From: Steroidobacteraceae bacterium
Lineage (GTDB): Bacteria > Pseudomonadota > Gammaproteobacteria > Steroidobacterales > Steroidobacteraceae
NCBI GenBank assembly: GCA_035720205.1
Contig: DASTOQ010000118.1
Span: 6,546-70,545 of the forward strand
Reading direction: 5' to 3'
DNA: 64,000 nt
Positions 1 through 9,434 of the stretch are shown here, one piece after another. Below the pieces are notes generated by a model. It was not told where the DNA came from and made no database searches. It saw only the letters and a list, made by a program, of their open reading frames with translations. Made by a program: the position numbers and the translations under genes. The stretch's first letter is position 1, and every line of letters starts with the position of its first letter.

Positions 1-1644
1 GATCTTCAGCATCCCGATCATGTAGGAAGTCGCCTGCCCGGGATTGAGGATGTAGCGCTCGGTCGCGCGGATCGCGGCGTCCTCGCCGGTCGGGCTGTTC
101 TCGACGTGGTAGCGGATCGTCTGTTCGCGATTCCAGCGCTTGGCGTGCAGGCCGGTGTCAACGACCAGTCGCACGGCCCGATGCAGCTCGAGCGCGAGGC
201 GGCCGAACTCGGAGTAGGGATCGGAGTAGAAACCGAGCTCCTTGCCGAGCCGCTCGCTGTAGAGCCCCCATCCTTCGGAGTAGGCGCTGTATCCGCCGAG
301 CCGGCGGAAGCGCGGCAGCGAGTCTTCCTCGGTCGCGATCGCGATCTGCATGTGATGGCCGGGGATCGCCTCGTGGTAGACCAGCGCCTCCAGCTCGTAC
401 TTCGGCATTTCCTTCATCTGGTACAGGTTGCCGTAGAAGACGCCCGGGCGCGTGCCGTCGAGCGACGGACGCTGGTAGAAGGCCTTGCCGGCGGACTTCT
501 CGCGGAACGGCTCGACCGCCTTCACCACGACGTCCGTCTTCGGCAGCGTGATGAAAAGCTGCGGCAACCTCTCCCGCATGTCGTCGATGTAGCGGTTCGC
601 GTCGGCGAGCCACGCAGTGCGGCCCGCTTCGCTGTCGTCGTAGTAGAAGCGCGGGTCGGTGCGCATGAACTCGAAGAACGCCTGCAGGTCGCCCTCGAAA
701 CCCACCTGCTTCATGACGCCGCGCATGGCCTCATGGATGCGCGCGACTTCGCGCAGGCCGATCGCGTGGATCTCCCCCGCCGTCAGCTTCGTGGTGGTGA
801 AGTTCTCGAGCAGGTAGTCGTAGTAGGCGGCGCCGTCCGGCAGCTTCCAGACGCCATCGTCTTCGGTCGCCTGCTTTTCGGTCTCGCGTGCCCAGGCGAT
901 GACCGCATCGTAGGCAGGACGCACGGAGCCGAGCAGCGCGAGCTCCGCGCGCGCGAGCAGCGACTCGCGCTTCGCCTCCTCGATCTGCAGCGCCCCGACC
1001 TTGCCGCGGAAGTCCGCGAACAGCGGGCTGTCGGCGGGGCCCCCGTCGAAGGGCCTGCCGCGGATGATGTTCCCGGCGTCCTCCACGACGTAGGCGAACA
1101 CGAACTTCGGCGGCAGGATGCCCGCCTTCGCCGCAGCGGTCGCGCGTTCGAGCTGGCGTTCCATCAGTTCGCGCATGCCCTCGAGCCGGCGGACGTAGGC
1201 GATCGCGTCGGCCTCGGTCTCCACGCGATGCGTGTTGATCAGGAACGCCGGCAGCGACACGTGGCTGCCGTTCTTGTCGAACCGGTAGTTGTGGTTGCGC
1301 CAGCGGTGGCGCGCGATGCGCCGCTCCTCGGCACGCTCGAAGGCCTGCCAGGAGAGGCGCGTGGCGTCGTCGAGCTGCGCCGGGTCGATGCTCCGCAGTT
1401 CGCGCAGCTGGCGCTCGGCCATCGCGAGGCGCTGTGCGTCACCCTGCTCGGTGGGGTCCGGCCAGCGGTCGTAGCCGATCCGCAGGCCGAGGCTGGCCGC
1501 GAGTCCGGGATCGATCTGCAGGCGCTCGTCGAGGGCGCGCTCGAAGAAGGCCCGGGCCGCCGCGTTCGGGTCAGCCGCCGGTTCCTGGGCCTGGGCGCAA
1601 AGCGTGGCGGCCGCCGCCACGGCCGCGAAGATGGCTCGCATCAT
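1..1644 (-). CDS. DUF885-family secreted protein (metallopeptidase-like); 3' end cut by the window edge
   Basis: Absent from the ORF track because it runs off the left edge. Manual reverse translation from ATG at 1644 gives a signal peptide MMRAIFAAVAAAATLCAQA and an open frame down to base 1. It contains HEAIPGHH (plus-strand ~346-376), typical of DUF885. The first ~525 aa of + ORF 106..4080 are its antisense shadow. Confidence 0.8.
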   Translation of the reverse strand, partial: MMRAIFAAVAAAATLCAQAQEPAADPNAAARAFFERALDERLQIDPGLAASLGLRIGYDRWPDPTEQGDAQRLAMAERQLRELRSIDPAQLDDATRLSWQAFERAEERRIARHRWRNHNYRFDKNGSHVSLPAFLINTHRVETEADAIAYVRRLEGMRELMERQLERATAAAKAGILPPKFVFAYVVEDAGNIIRGRPFDGGPADSPLFADFRGKVGALQIEEAKRESLLARAELALLGSVRPAYDAVIAWARETEKQATEDDGVWKLPDGAAYYDYLLENFTTTKLTAGEIHAIGLREVARIHEAMRGVMKQVGFEGDLQAFFEFMRTDPRFYYDDSEAGRTAWLADANRYIDDMRERLPQLFITLPKTDVVVKAVEPFREKSAGKAFYQRPSLDGTRPGVFYGNLYQMKEMPKYELEALVYHEAIPGHHMQIAIATEEDSLPRFRRLGGYSAYSEGWGLYSERLGKELGFYSDPYSEFGRLALELHRAVRLVVDTGLHAKRWNREQTIRYHVENSPTGEDAAIRATERYILNPGQATSYMIGMLKI

Positions 1645-1689
1645 GGGTGTCGTGCCGTACATGGGTGGGCGGCCAGTATAATCCGGTGC

Positions 1690-4080
1690 ATGAGCGACTT
1701 CGAAAAGCTGGGCGCCTTCTACCTGGGCCGGGAGTACGACCCCGCCAGCGACGCGACCGCCGCCGCGCCCCTGATGTACGACTCGAAGGACCTGACGACG
1801 CACGCGGTCTGCGTCGGCATGACCGGCAGCGGCAAGACGGGCCTCTGCATCTCGCTGCTCGAGGAGGCCGCGCTCGACGGCATCCCCGCGCTCGTCATCG
1901 ACCCGAAGGGCGACATTGCGAACCTGATGCTGACCTTCCCGGAACTGACGCCGGCCGAGTTCGAGCCCTGGATCGACGCGGCCGAGGCGGAACGCAAGGG
2001 CACGACGCCCGCCGCACTCGCCGCGAAGATCGCAGAGACCTGGAGGAACGGCCTCGCGGAATGGGGCCAGGACGGCGCGCGCATCCGGAAGTTCCGCGAC
2101 TGCGTGGACCTCGCGGTGTACACGCCCGGCAGCACGGCGGGGCTCCCGCTGTCGGTCCTGCGGTCGTTCGCGCCGCCGGCCCAGGGATCCGATCCGGCCT
2201 CGACGCGCGACCGCATCTCGGCGACCGTCGCGGGGCTGCTCGGGCTGGTCGGCATCGCCGCGGACCCGCTCAAGAGCCGCGAGCACATCCTGCTGTCTTC
2301 GATCGTGGACGCCGCCTGGGCGAAGGGCCATGCGCTCGACCTCGCGGGGCTGATCGGCGCAATCCAGAAGCCGCCGTTCGAGAAGGTCGGCGTGTTCGAC
2401 CTCGAGACCTTTTATCCTTCGAAAGAGCGGCTCGAACTGGCGATGGCGATCAACAACCTGCTCGCCTCGCCGGGTTTCGGCGTCTGGCTCGAGGGCGAGC
2501 CGCTGGACGTCCAGCGCCTGCTGTTCACGGCCGAGGGCAAGTCGCGCATCTCGATCGTCTCCATCGCGCACCTGACCGACGCCGAGCGCATGTTCGTCGT
2601 GACGCTGATCGCGAACGAGCTGGTCGCCTGGATGCGCCAGCAGCCCGGCACTTCCGCGCTGCGCGCGCTCTTCTACATGGACGAGATCTTCGGCTTCTTC
2701 CCGCCCTCGGCGATGCCGCCATCGAAGCTGCCGATGCTGACGCTGATGAAGCAGGCGCGCGCCTTCGGCCTCGGCGTGGTGCTGGCCACCCAGAACCCGG
2801 TGGACCTCGACTACAAGGGCCTGTCGAACGCCGGCACCTGGTTCATCGGGCGGCTGCAGACGGAGCGCGACCAGCAGCGCGTGATCGACGGGCTGTCGAG
2901 CGCGCTGCTGGGCCAGGGCTTCGACCGCGCCACGCTCGAGAAGCTGATGGCGGGCATTGCGCCGCGCGTGTTCCTGATGAGGAACGTGCACGACGACCTG
3001 CCGGTGCTGTTCCGCACGCGCTGGGCCATGAGCTGGCTGCGCGGCCCGCTGACGCTGCCGGAGATCACGCGCCTGATGGCGGCACGCAAGGCGGCGGCAC
3101 CCGCCGCCGCGCCGGCCGGTGCCGAGCAGGCGAAGCCCGCCGTGCGGCCGGTGCTTCCTGCGGGCGTGCAGGAGGTGTTCCTGGCCGCGAAGCCCGGCAG
3201 CGGCGAACTCAGCTATCGGCCGCGCGTAGCGGCGACCGCCGAGCTGCACTACGCGGACAAGCCCGCGGGCGTGGATGCCTGGACGCGCAATGCCTGGCTC
3301 GCGCCCTTCGCCGAAGGCGACGGCGCACCCGCCTGGACGGACGCGACCGTCATCGCGGACCTCGATGCCGTGCTGGCCGACGGTCCGGTGGACGGCGCGG
3401 CGTTCGCCGAGCTGCCGGCGGCGGCGCTGGCCGCGAAGAACTACTCGGACTGGGGCAAGGCGCTGGCCGCGCGCCTCTACCAGGAGGGCGCGGTCGAGCT
3501 CTTGTCCTGCAAGAGCCTCAGGCTCACCTCGAACCCGGGCGAGAGCGAGGGCGACTTCCGCGCGCGGCTCGCGCAGGCGCTGCGCGAGCACCGCGACTTG
3601 GCGGTCGCGAAGCTGCGCGAGAAGCACGCGGCGAAGCTGCAATCGCTGGAGAACCGCATTCGCGCGGCCGAGCAGCGCGTCGAACGCGAGAAGTCCCAGT
3701 ACTCGCAGCGCAAGCTCGACACGGCGGTCTCGATCGGCACCTCGGTGCTGGGCGCCATCTTCGGCGGGCGCAGCACTGCGGCCACGCGCGCGGGCTCGGC
3801 CGCGCGGCACGCCGGCAGGGTCTTCAGCGAGCGCGGCGACATCCAGCGCGCGGGCGAGAGCCTCGAGGCGCTGGCGGCAGAGCGCGACGAGCTCGTCAAG
3901 CGCATCGAGCAGGAGGTCTCGGACCTGGCCGCCTCGCTGGATGCGTCGCAGGTCGCGCTCGAGCGCCTGCGCATCGCGCCGCGCAAGTCCGATATCGCCA
4001 TCGGGCGCATCGCCATCGCCTGGGAGCCCTGGCGTGCGGGCGCCGACGGCTTCCCGCGCCCGGCGTCCATGCTGTCGTGA
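1690..4080 (+). CDS. HerA/FtsK-like P-loop ATPase (DUF87-type ATP-binding protein) with a coiled-coil C-terminal region
   Basis: In-frame ATG at 1690 (MSDFEKLGAFYLGREYD...). Walker A GMTGSGKTG. Sensible composition starts only at this Met. The C-terminal ~150 aa are heptad-like (LREKHAAKLQSLENRIRAAEQRVEREK). Confidence 0.8.
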   Translation: MSDFEKLGAFYLGREYDPASDATAAAPLMYDSKDLTTHAVCVGMTGSGKTGLCISLLEEAALDGIPALVIDPKGDIANLMLTFPELTPAEFEPWIDAAEAERKGTTPAALAAKIAETWRNGLAEWGQDGARIRKFRDCVDLAVYTPGSTAGLPLSVLRSFAPPAQGSDPASTRDRISATVAGLLGLVGIAADPLKSREHILLSSIVDAAWAKGHALDLAGLIGAIQKPPFEKVGVFDLETFYPSKERLELAMAINNLLASPGFGVWLEGEPLDVQRLLFTAEGKSRISIVSIAHLTDAERMFVVTLIANELVAWMRQQPGTSALRALFYMDEIFGFFPPSAMPPSKLPMLTLMKQARAFGLGVVLATQNPVDLDYKGLSNAGTWFIGRLQTERDQQRVIDGLSSALLGQGFDRATLEKLMAGIAPRVFLMRNVHDDLPVLFRTRWAMSWLRGPLTLPEITRLMAARKAAAPAAAPAGAEQAKPAVRPVLPAGVQEVFLAAKPGSGELSYRPRVAATAELHYADKPAGVDAWTRNAWLAPFAEGDGAPAWTDATVIADLDAVLADGPVDGAAFAELPAAALAAKNYSDWGKALAARLYQEGAVELLSCKSLRLTSNPGESEGDFRARLAQALREHRDLAVAKLREKHAAKLQSLENRIRAAEQRVEREKSQYSQRKLDTAVSIGTSVLGAIFGGRSTAATRAGSAARHAGRVFSERGDIQRAGESLEALAAERDELVKRIEQEVSDLAASLDASQVALERLRIAPRKSDIAIGRIAIAWEPWRAGADGFPRPASMLS

Positions 4081-4085
4081 CGTCG

Positions 4086-5336
4086 ATGCATGGTCCGCGG
4101 CGGCTGCCGTTGCTGTGCGTCCTGCTCGGCAGCCTGCTGCTGGCCTGCGACGGCGGCAGCCCTTCGGCCGGCACCCCACCGCTCGGCGCCTACCGCGGCG
4201 TGCTCTCGGTCGCCGGCGGCGACCTGCCGTTCGGGCTCGAGCTCACGCGCGAGAATGGCGCGATCGTCGCCTACCTCGTCAACGGCCCGGAGCGCGCGCG
4301 CGCGCCGGACGTGCGGCTCGAAGGCGACCGCCTCGAGATCCGCATGCCGGGATACCCGCACAAGCTGGAGGCGCGCTTCAAGGATGCGCGCTTCGAGGGC
4401 CAGATCAGCTTCCTGCGGCCGCGCGGCGTGATCCGCACGGTGCGCTTCGTCGGCATGCCGGGCCAGGACTGGCGTTTCTTCCCGAAGCCGGATGCCACGC
4501 CCGCCGATTTCTCCGGCCGCTGGGCACTCAGCTTCCGCGACGACGATGGCACGGAGCGCCCGGCCGTCATGGAACTGACCCAGCAGGGCCACGTCGTGCA
4601 GGGCACGGTGATGCGGCCCTCGGGCGACGACCGCTACCTCGCCGGCGAGGCGCGCGGCGATACGCTGTTCCTGTCCCGCTTCGACGGCGGCAGCGCCTTC
4701 CTCTATCTCGCCAGGCTGGGCGCGGACGGCACGCTGGCCGGCGATTTCCATACGCAGGGCGGCGCGCACGATACCTGGGTCGCCCGCCGCAATCCCGAAG
4801 CAAAGCTGCCCGATGCGGGCACGCTCGCGGGCCTCAAGCCCGGCATCGAGCGCCTGGAATTCAGCTTCCCGGACCTCGACGGCGGCATGCACGCCTTCCC
4901 GTCGGACCGCTACACGGGCAAGGTCGTGCTGATCACGATCGGCGGCAGCTGGTGCCCCAACTGTCACGACGAGGCCGTGTTCCTGCGCGAGCTGCTCGCG
5001 ACGCGGCGCACGCAGGGCCTCGAGGTGATCCAGCTCATGTTCGAGTACACGCCGGACTTCGCGAGCGCGTCCTCCGCGGCGCGTGCCTTCGTGCAGAAAT
5101 TCGACATCGACTACCCGGTGCTGATCGCCGGCACCACGAGCGACGACGACGTGCTGAAGAAGCTGCCGCAGCTCGCGGCGTTTCGCGCCTATCCGACGCT
5201 GATTGCGATCGACCGCCAGGGCACGGTGCGCGCGGTGCATACGGGCTTTTCCGGCCCGGCGACCGGCGAGCACCATGCGCTCCAGAACCGGGAGCTGAGC
5301 GCGCTGGTCGACGGGTTGCTGAGCGAACGCTCCTGA
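4086..5336 (+). CDS. TlpA/redoxin-like thiol-disulfide oxidoreductase lipoprotein with an N-terminal extra domain
   Basis: ATG at 4086, 5 nt after the preceding stop. Lipobox LLLAC. Thioredoxin-fold motif GGSWCPNCHDE in the C-terminal half. Confidence 0.8.
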   Translation: MHGPRRLPLLCVLLGSLLLACDGGSPSAGTPPLGAYRGVLSVAGGDLPFGLELTRENGAIVAYLVNGPERARAPDVRLEGDRLEIRMPGYPHKLEARFKDARFEGQISFLRPRGVIRTVRFVGMPGQDWRFFPKPDATPADFSGRWALSFRDDDGTERPAVMELTQQGHVVQGTVMRPSGDDRYLAGEARGDTLFLSRFDGGSAFLYLARLGADGTLAGDFHTQGGAHDTWVARRNPEAKLPDAGTLAGLKPGIERLEFSFPDLDGGMHAFPSDRYTGKVVLITIGGSWCPNCHDEAVFLRELLATRRTQGLEVIQLMFEYTPDFASASSAARAFVQKFDIDYPVLIAGTTSDDDVLKKLPQLAAFRAYPTLIAIDRQGTVRAVHTGFSGPATGEHHALQNRELSALVDGLLSERS

Positions 5337-5404
5337 ACTCCGGAAGGAAGACGAATACAATAACTAGTTGACTTTACAGCAATTTTATTTCTTGAATGCA
5401 TATC

Positions 5405-5423
5405 GTAATGCGAATCATTCTTA
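5405..5423 (+). promoter_or_regulatory. Fur-box-like site in the AT-rich gap upstream of the TonB-dependent receptor
   Basis: GTAATGCGAATCATTCTTA matches most positions of the 19-bp Fur consensus GATAATGATAATCATTATC. It lies in the only AT-rich island in this area (5340-5465), about 45 nt before the receptor ATG. Confidence 0.5.
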
Positions 5424-5465
5424 TTTATACTTACAGGCGTCCATCCTCGGGGAGCCTGGATCCGC

Positions 5466-7721
5466 ATGAACAAGAGCCCTCGGAAGGTCCTGTTCGCCGC
5501 CGCCATTGCCGCGATCCTCGCCGGTACGGCCGCCGCCGACACTGCCCCGCTCACCGAGCCAACGATCCTCGACCGCGTGGTCGTCACCGCGACCCGCGAG
5601 CAGCTGCGCGAGGTCGGCGGCTCGGTGCAGCTGCTCGACCAGGCCGTGCTCGAGCAGCATGCGCACGGCGACGTGAACCGCGTGCTGCGCCAGGTCCCCG
5701 GCCTCAACCTCGTCGAAGAGGAAGGCTACGGCATCCGCCCGAACATCGGCATCCGCGGCTCCGGCACCGACCGCAACAGCAAGATCGCGGTGATGGAAGA
5801 CGGCGTGCCGATCGCGCCCGCGCCCTACGCCGCGCCCGCAGCCTATTACTTCCCGCGCGTGCAGCGCATGAGCGGCGTCGAGGTCAGCAAGGGCCCGGCC
5901 GCGATCAAGTACGGTCCGCAGACCGTCGCCGGCGCGATCGGCTTCTACTCGTCGCCGATCCCGGGCGCGCCTGACGAGGGACCGGCCGGCCGCCTCGACC
6001 TGATCGGCGGCGATGACGGCGCGCTGCGCGGCCACGGCATCGTCGGCGGATGGTTCGATGCCGGCGGCTCGCGGCTCGGCCTCAGCTTCGAGACGCTGCA
6101 GGAGCACTCCGACGGCTTCAAGCACCTCGATACCGGCGGCGACACCGGCTACCGGATCGAGGATTACGTCGTCAAGCTCGGGTTCGAATCGGGCGGCGAC
6201 GCGGCGCTGCAGCAGTCCTTCGAACTGAAGCTGCAGCATTCGGACGAGGACTCCGACGAAACCTACCTGGGGCTGACGCTCGACGATTTTGCCGCCAGTC
6301 CGTTGCGCCGCTATCGCGCCAGCCAGGTGGACCACATGGACGTCGAGCACGATACGCGCCAGGCGACCCACCGGGTCCGCTTCGGCGAGCGCGTGGACCT
6401 GACCACGGTCGCTTACCACACCGGGACCGCGCGCACCTGGTACAAGCTGAACGACGTGCGCAATGCCGCGAATACGGGTTTCGTCAGCCTTGCCAGCATC
6501 CTCGAGAACCCCGGGGCTTTCCCGGTCGAGTTCGCGGCCATCGTCGGCGAACCGGGAACGTCGAGCGCCGCCGGCGCGCTGCGCGTGCGCAACAACGCGC
6601 GCGAGTACTATGCCGCCGGCATCCAGTCCGTGCTGGGCATCGAGTTCGACGCGGGTCGCAGTTCCCACACGCTCGAGTTCTCGGCGCGCTACCACCGCGA
6701 CGAGGAGGACCGCTTCCAGCACGACGACCGGTACCAGATGGTGGACGGCTCGATGCTGCTGACGACCGCGGGCACGCCCGGCACGCAGGACAACCGCATC
6801 GGGGAGGCGGAAGCCTGGGCCTTCTTCGTGCGCGACACGATCCGTGCCGGCGCCTGGACGCTGACGCCCGGCGTGCGCTACGAGACGATCTCGCTGCGCC
6901 AGACCAACTGGGGCGGCGCCGACCCGGGCCGCGCCGGCACGCCTGCGGTCGCGCGCAACGACGTGGACGCCTGGATGCCGGGCCTCGGCGTCACGCGCAC
7001 GATCGGCGACTCGCTGCGGCTCGTCGCCGGAGTTCACCGCGGTTTCGTCAACCCGTCGCCGGGCTCGAGCACGGATCCCGAGCAGTCCTGGAACTACGAG
7101 GCAGGATTGCGCTTCGAGCGCGGTGCGTCCGCGCTCGAGGCCATCGGCTTCCTGGTGAACTACGGGAACATCGTCGGCACCTGCACGGCTTCCACCGGCG
7201 GCGGCTGCAACATCGGCGACCAGTTCGACGGCGGGCGCGCGCGCGTGCACGGCCTGGAGCTCATGGCGAGCCACGATGCCGGACGCGCGCTGGGCCTGGG
7301 CGTCGGCATTCCGCTGTCGGCGGTCTATACCTGGACCGAGGGCGAGTTCCGCACCAGCTTCCAGAGCGGTTTCTCGGAATGGGGTGCCGTGCTGGCGGGC
7401 GACGAGCTGCCCTACGTGCCGGAGCACCAGTTGACCCTGAATGCAGGGCTCGAGGGCCAGGCCTGGCGGCTGTTCCTGACCGTCAACTACGTGGACGAAG
7501 CACGCGCCAGCGCAGGCTCCGGCCCGATCGCGGCCTTGGACCTGGTCGACAGCCGCGCGGTCGTGGACCTTTCCGGCGAGTACGACCTCGGCGAGCGAGT
7601 GCGGCTGTTCGCATCGGTGGAAAACCTCGGCGACGAGGAATACAACGTCGCGATGCGTCCCGCGGGCGCGCGCCCGGGCGCGCCGCGCACCATGCTGGCC
7701 GGGATCAAGCTGAAGTTCTGA
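5466..7721 (+). CDS. TonB-dependent receptor (siderophore/FecA-like class)
   Basis: 751-aa ORF with signal peptide and plug motifs (VVVTATRE, IGIRGSG, EDGVPIAPAPY). C-terminal beta-barrel ends in ...KLKF. Confidence 0.9.
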   Translation: MNKSPRKVLFAAAIAAILAGTAAADTAPLTEPTILDRVVVTATREQLREVGGSVQLLDQAVLEQHAHGDVNRVLRQVPGLNLVEEEGYGIRPNIGIRGSGTDRNSKIAVMEDGVPIAPAPYAAPAAYYFPRVQRMSGVEVSKGPAAIKYGPQTVAGAIGFYSSPIPGAPDEGPAGRLDLIGGDDGALRGHGIVGGWFDAGGSRLGLSFETLQEHSDGFKHLDTGGDTGYRIEDYVVKLGFESGGDAALQQSFELKLQHSDEDSDETYLGLTLDDFAASPLRRYRASQVDHMDVEHDTRQATHRVRFGERVDLTTVAYHTGTARTWYKLNDVRNAANTGFVSLASILENPGAFPVEFAAIVGEPGTSSAAGALRVRNNAREYYAAGIQSVLGIEFDAGRSSHTLEFSARYHRDEEDRFQHDDRYQMVDGSMLLTTAGTPGTQDNRIGEAEAWAFFVRDTIRAGAWTLTPGVRYETISLRQTNWGGADPGRAGTPAVARNDVDAWMPGLGVTRTIGDSLRLVAGVHRGFVNPSPGSSTDPEQSWNYEAGLRFERGASALEAIGFLVNYGNIVGTCTASTGGGCNIGDQFDGGRARVHGLELMASHDAGRALGLGVGIPLSAVYTWTEGEFRTSFQSGFSEWGAVLAGDELPYVPEHQLTLNAGLEGQAWRLFLTVNYVDEARASAGSGPIAALDLVDSRAVVDLSGEYDLGERVRLFASVENLGDEEYNVAMRPAGARPGAPRTMLAGIKLKF

Positions 7722-7733
7722 CATACTGCGCGG

Positions 7734-8687
7734 GTGCGCGCGGTATTCCTGGACTTCGCCACGGTCAGCAGCGGCGACCTCGACACCGGCCCGCTCGAAC
7801 GGATCCTGCCCGGGATCGTGCTGCACCGGCAGACGGCGAATGCGCAGGTCGCTGCGCGCATCGCCGGATGCGCGGTCGCGCTCGCCAACAAGTGCGTCTT
7901 CGACCGGGAGGCCATCACCGCCGCCCCGCAGCTGCGCCTGATCGCGCTGACGGCGACCGGCGTGGACAACGTGGACCTGGCGGCGGCGCGCGCCGCCGGC
8001 ATCGCGGTCTGCAACCTGCGCGACTACTGCACGCCGTCGGTGGTGCAACACGTGTTCGCGATGCTGCTCGCGCTCACCCACCGGCTCGCCGACTACCAGG
8101 CGCTGGTTCGCGCCGGGAGCTGGCAGCAGGCCGGGCGGTTTTCGGTGTTCGACCACCCGATCCGCGAACTGGCGGGCCGCACGATGGGCATCGTCGGCTT
8201 CGGCGCCCTCGGGCGCGGCGTGGCGCGCGTCGCTGAGTCCTTCGGCATGCAGGTGCTGCTCGCCAGCCGCCCGGGCACGGCGCCCGCGGACGGCCGCCAC
8301 GATCTGGACGCGATGCTGCCGCGCCTCGACGTGCTGTCCCTGCATTGCCCGCTGACCGAGGCGACGCGCGGTCTCGTGAGCCGCGAGCGCCTCGGCCGGA
8401 TGAAGCCGGACGCGGTGCTCATCAATACGGCGCGCGGCGCGCTCGTCGACGCGCAGGCGCTCGCCGATGCGCTGCGGGCCGGCCGGCTTGGCGGCGCCGG
8501 CATCGACGTGCTCGAGCGCGAACCGCCGCCCGCCGGACACCCTCTGCTCGATCCGGCGATCCCGAACCTGATCGTCACGCCGCACGTCGCCTGGGCCGCG
8601 CGCGAGGCGCGCCAGCGTTGCCTCGACGAGCTTGCGCTCAATGTCGAGTCCTTCCTGGCGGGTGGACAACGCAACCGCGTGATCTGA
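7734..8687 (+). CDS. D-isomer-specific 2-hydroxyacid dehydrogenase (glycerate dehydrogenase-like)
   Basis: 317-aa ORF with GTG start. NAD-binding GIVGFGALGRGVA and the typical catalytic region (NTARGALVD ... TPHVAWA). Confidence 0.85.
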   Translation: MRAVFLDFATVSSGDLDTGPLERILPGIVLHRQTANAQVAARIAGCAVALANKCVFDREAITAAPQLRLIALTATGVDNVDLAAARAAGIAVCNLRDYCTPSVVQHVFAMLLALTHRLADYQALVRAGSWQQAGRFSVFDHPIRELAGRTMGIVGFGALGRGVARVAESFGMQVLLASRPGTAPADGRHDLDAMLPRLDVLSLHCPLTEATRGLVSRERLGRMKPDAVLINTARGALVDAQALADALRAGRLGGAGIDVLEREPPPAGHPLLDPAIPNLIVTPHVAWAAREARQRCLDELALNVESFLAGGQRNRVI

Positions 8688-8724
8688 CGGCAAGCCGCTG
8701 TTTTATAACACTAATGTCTAATTA

Positions 8725-8739
8725 TTGACACTGTGTCAA
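8725..8739. promoter_or_regulatory. Perfect 15-bp palindrome, candidate TetR operator
   Basis: TTGACAC-T-GTGTCAA lies 21 nt upstream of the TetR ATG in an AT-rich gap. The TTGACA half could double as a -35 box. Confidence 0.55.
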
Positions 8740-8759
8740 TGGCGGCCTAGACTGCGGCC

Positions 8760-9404
8760 ATGTCCTACATCGCCGTGCGCCGTGAAGAGGAAAAGGAGCG
8801 CCGCCGCGCCGAGATCGTCGATGCGGCCGAGGAGCTCTACGCCGAGCTCGGTTGGGACGCCGTCACGATGGAGAACGTGGCGAAGACCGCCCGCCTCTCG
8901 CGCGCGCTGATCTACGTCTACTTCCGCGACAAGAGTGACCTGCTGCACGCGATCACCGAGCGCGCGCTGCTCGAATTGCGCGAACGCTTCGTGGCGGCCG
9001 CCGCCAGGCATCCGCTCGGGCTCGACAAGGTGCAGGCCATCGGCCGCGCCTACGTGCTGTTCCAGCAGGAAAAGCCCTATCGTTTCGACGCCTGCAGCCG
9101 CTTCCACGCACACCAGTCCGCCAACGAAGAGCCGACCGAGGCGGCCTGCGCCGCCGCCGGCGACGCCGTCATCGCCGTGATCGTGCAGGCGCTGATCGAA
9201 GGCCAGGCCGACGGCTCCATCCGCAGGGACCTCGGCAACCCGGCGCAGGTCTGCGTGATGCTGTGGGCATTCACCCACGGCCTGATCCAGATCGGCAACA
9301 ACAAGAAGCAGGAGATCGCGCGCCTCGGCATCGAGGTGTCGCAGTTGATGGAAGGCTCGTTTGCCATGTTGCGCTACATGCTGATCGCGCAGCCCGCGCG
9401 GTGA
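8760..9404 (+). CDS. TetR/AcrR-family transcriptional regulator
   Basis: 214 aa. N-terminal HTH (AEELYAELGWDAVTMENVAKTARLSRALIYVYFRDKSDLL). Sits immediately upstream of an efflux operon. Confidence 0.9.
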   Translation: MSYIAVRREEEKERRRAEIVDAAEELYAELGWDAVTMENVAKTARLSRALIYVYFRDKSDLLHAITERALLELRERFVAAAARHPLGLDKVQAIGRAYVLFQQEKPYRFDACSRFHAHQSANEEPTEAACAAAGDAVIAVIVQALIEGQADGSIRRDLGNPAQVCVMLWAFTHGLIQIGNNKKQEIARLGIEVSQLMEGSFAMLRYMLIAQPAR

Positions 9405-9420
9405 TTTTTTGGCCCGTCAT

Positions 9421-9434
9421 TTGACACATGTCTA
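9421..9434. promoter_or_regulatory. Second, imperfect copy of the TetR-operator-like palindrome, overlapping the efflux operon start
   Basis: TTGACAC/ATGTCTA has half-sites TTGACAC and TAGACAT and shares the half-site with 8725-8739. It overlaps the ATG at 9428. Confidence 0.4.

Noticed and set aside
106-1689. The N-terminal ~525 codons of the 1324-aa + ORF 106..4080
   Set aside because: The composition is Arg/Ala/Val/Leu-rich antisense-type sequence (RDRDLHVMAGDRLVV...). The opposite strand encodes a coherent DUF885 protein with a signal peptide and the HEAIPGHH motif. The real + gene starts at 1690.
1434-5371. + strand ORFs 1434..5336 (upstream part) and 3275..5371
   Set aside because: Only the last 416 codons of 1434..5336 (from 4086) encode a sensible lipoprotein. 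The remainder, and 3275..5371, are out-of-frame Arg/Pro-rich readings of the ATPase gene.
5421-8693. 1090-aa minus-strand ORF
   Set aside because: It is the antisense shadow of the TonB-dependent receptor and the 2-hydroxyacid dehydrogenase. It has no recognisable motifs and shows extreme Arg/Ala bias, typical of high-GC shadow ORFs.
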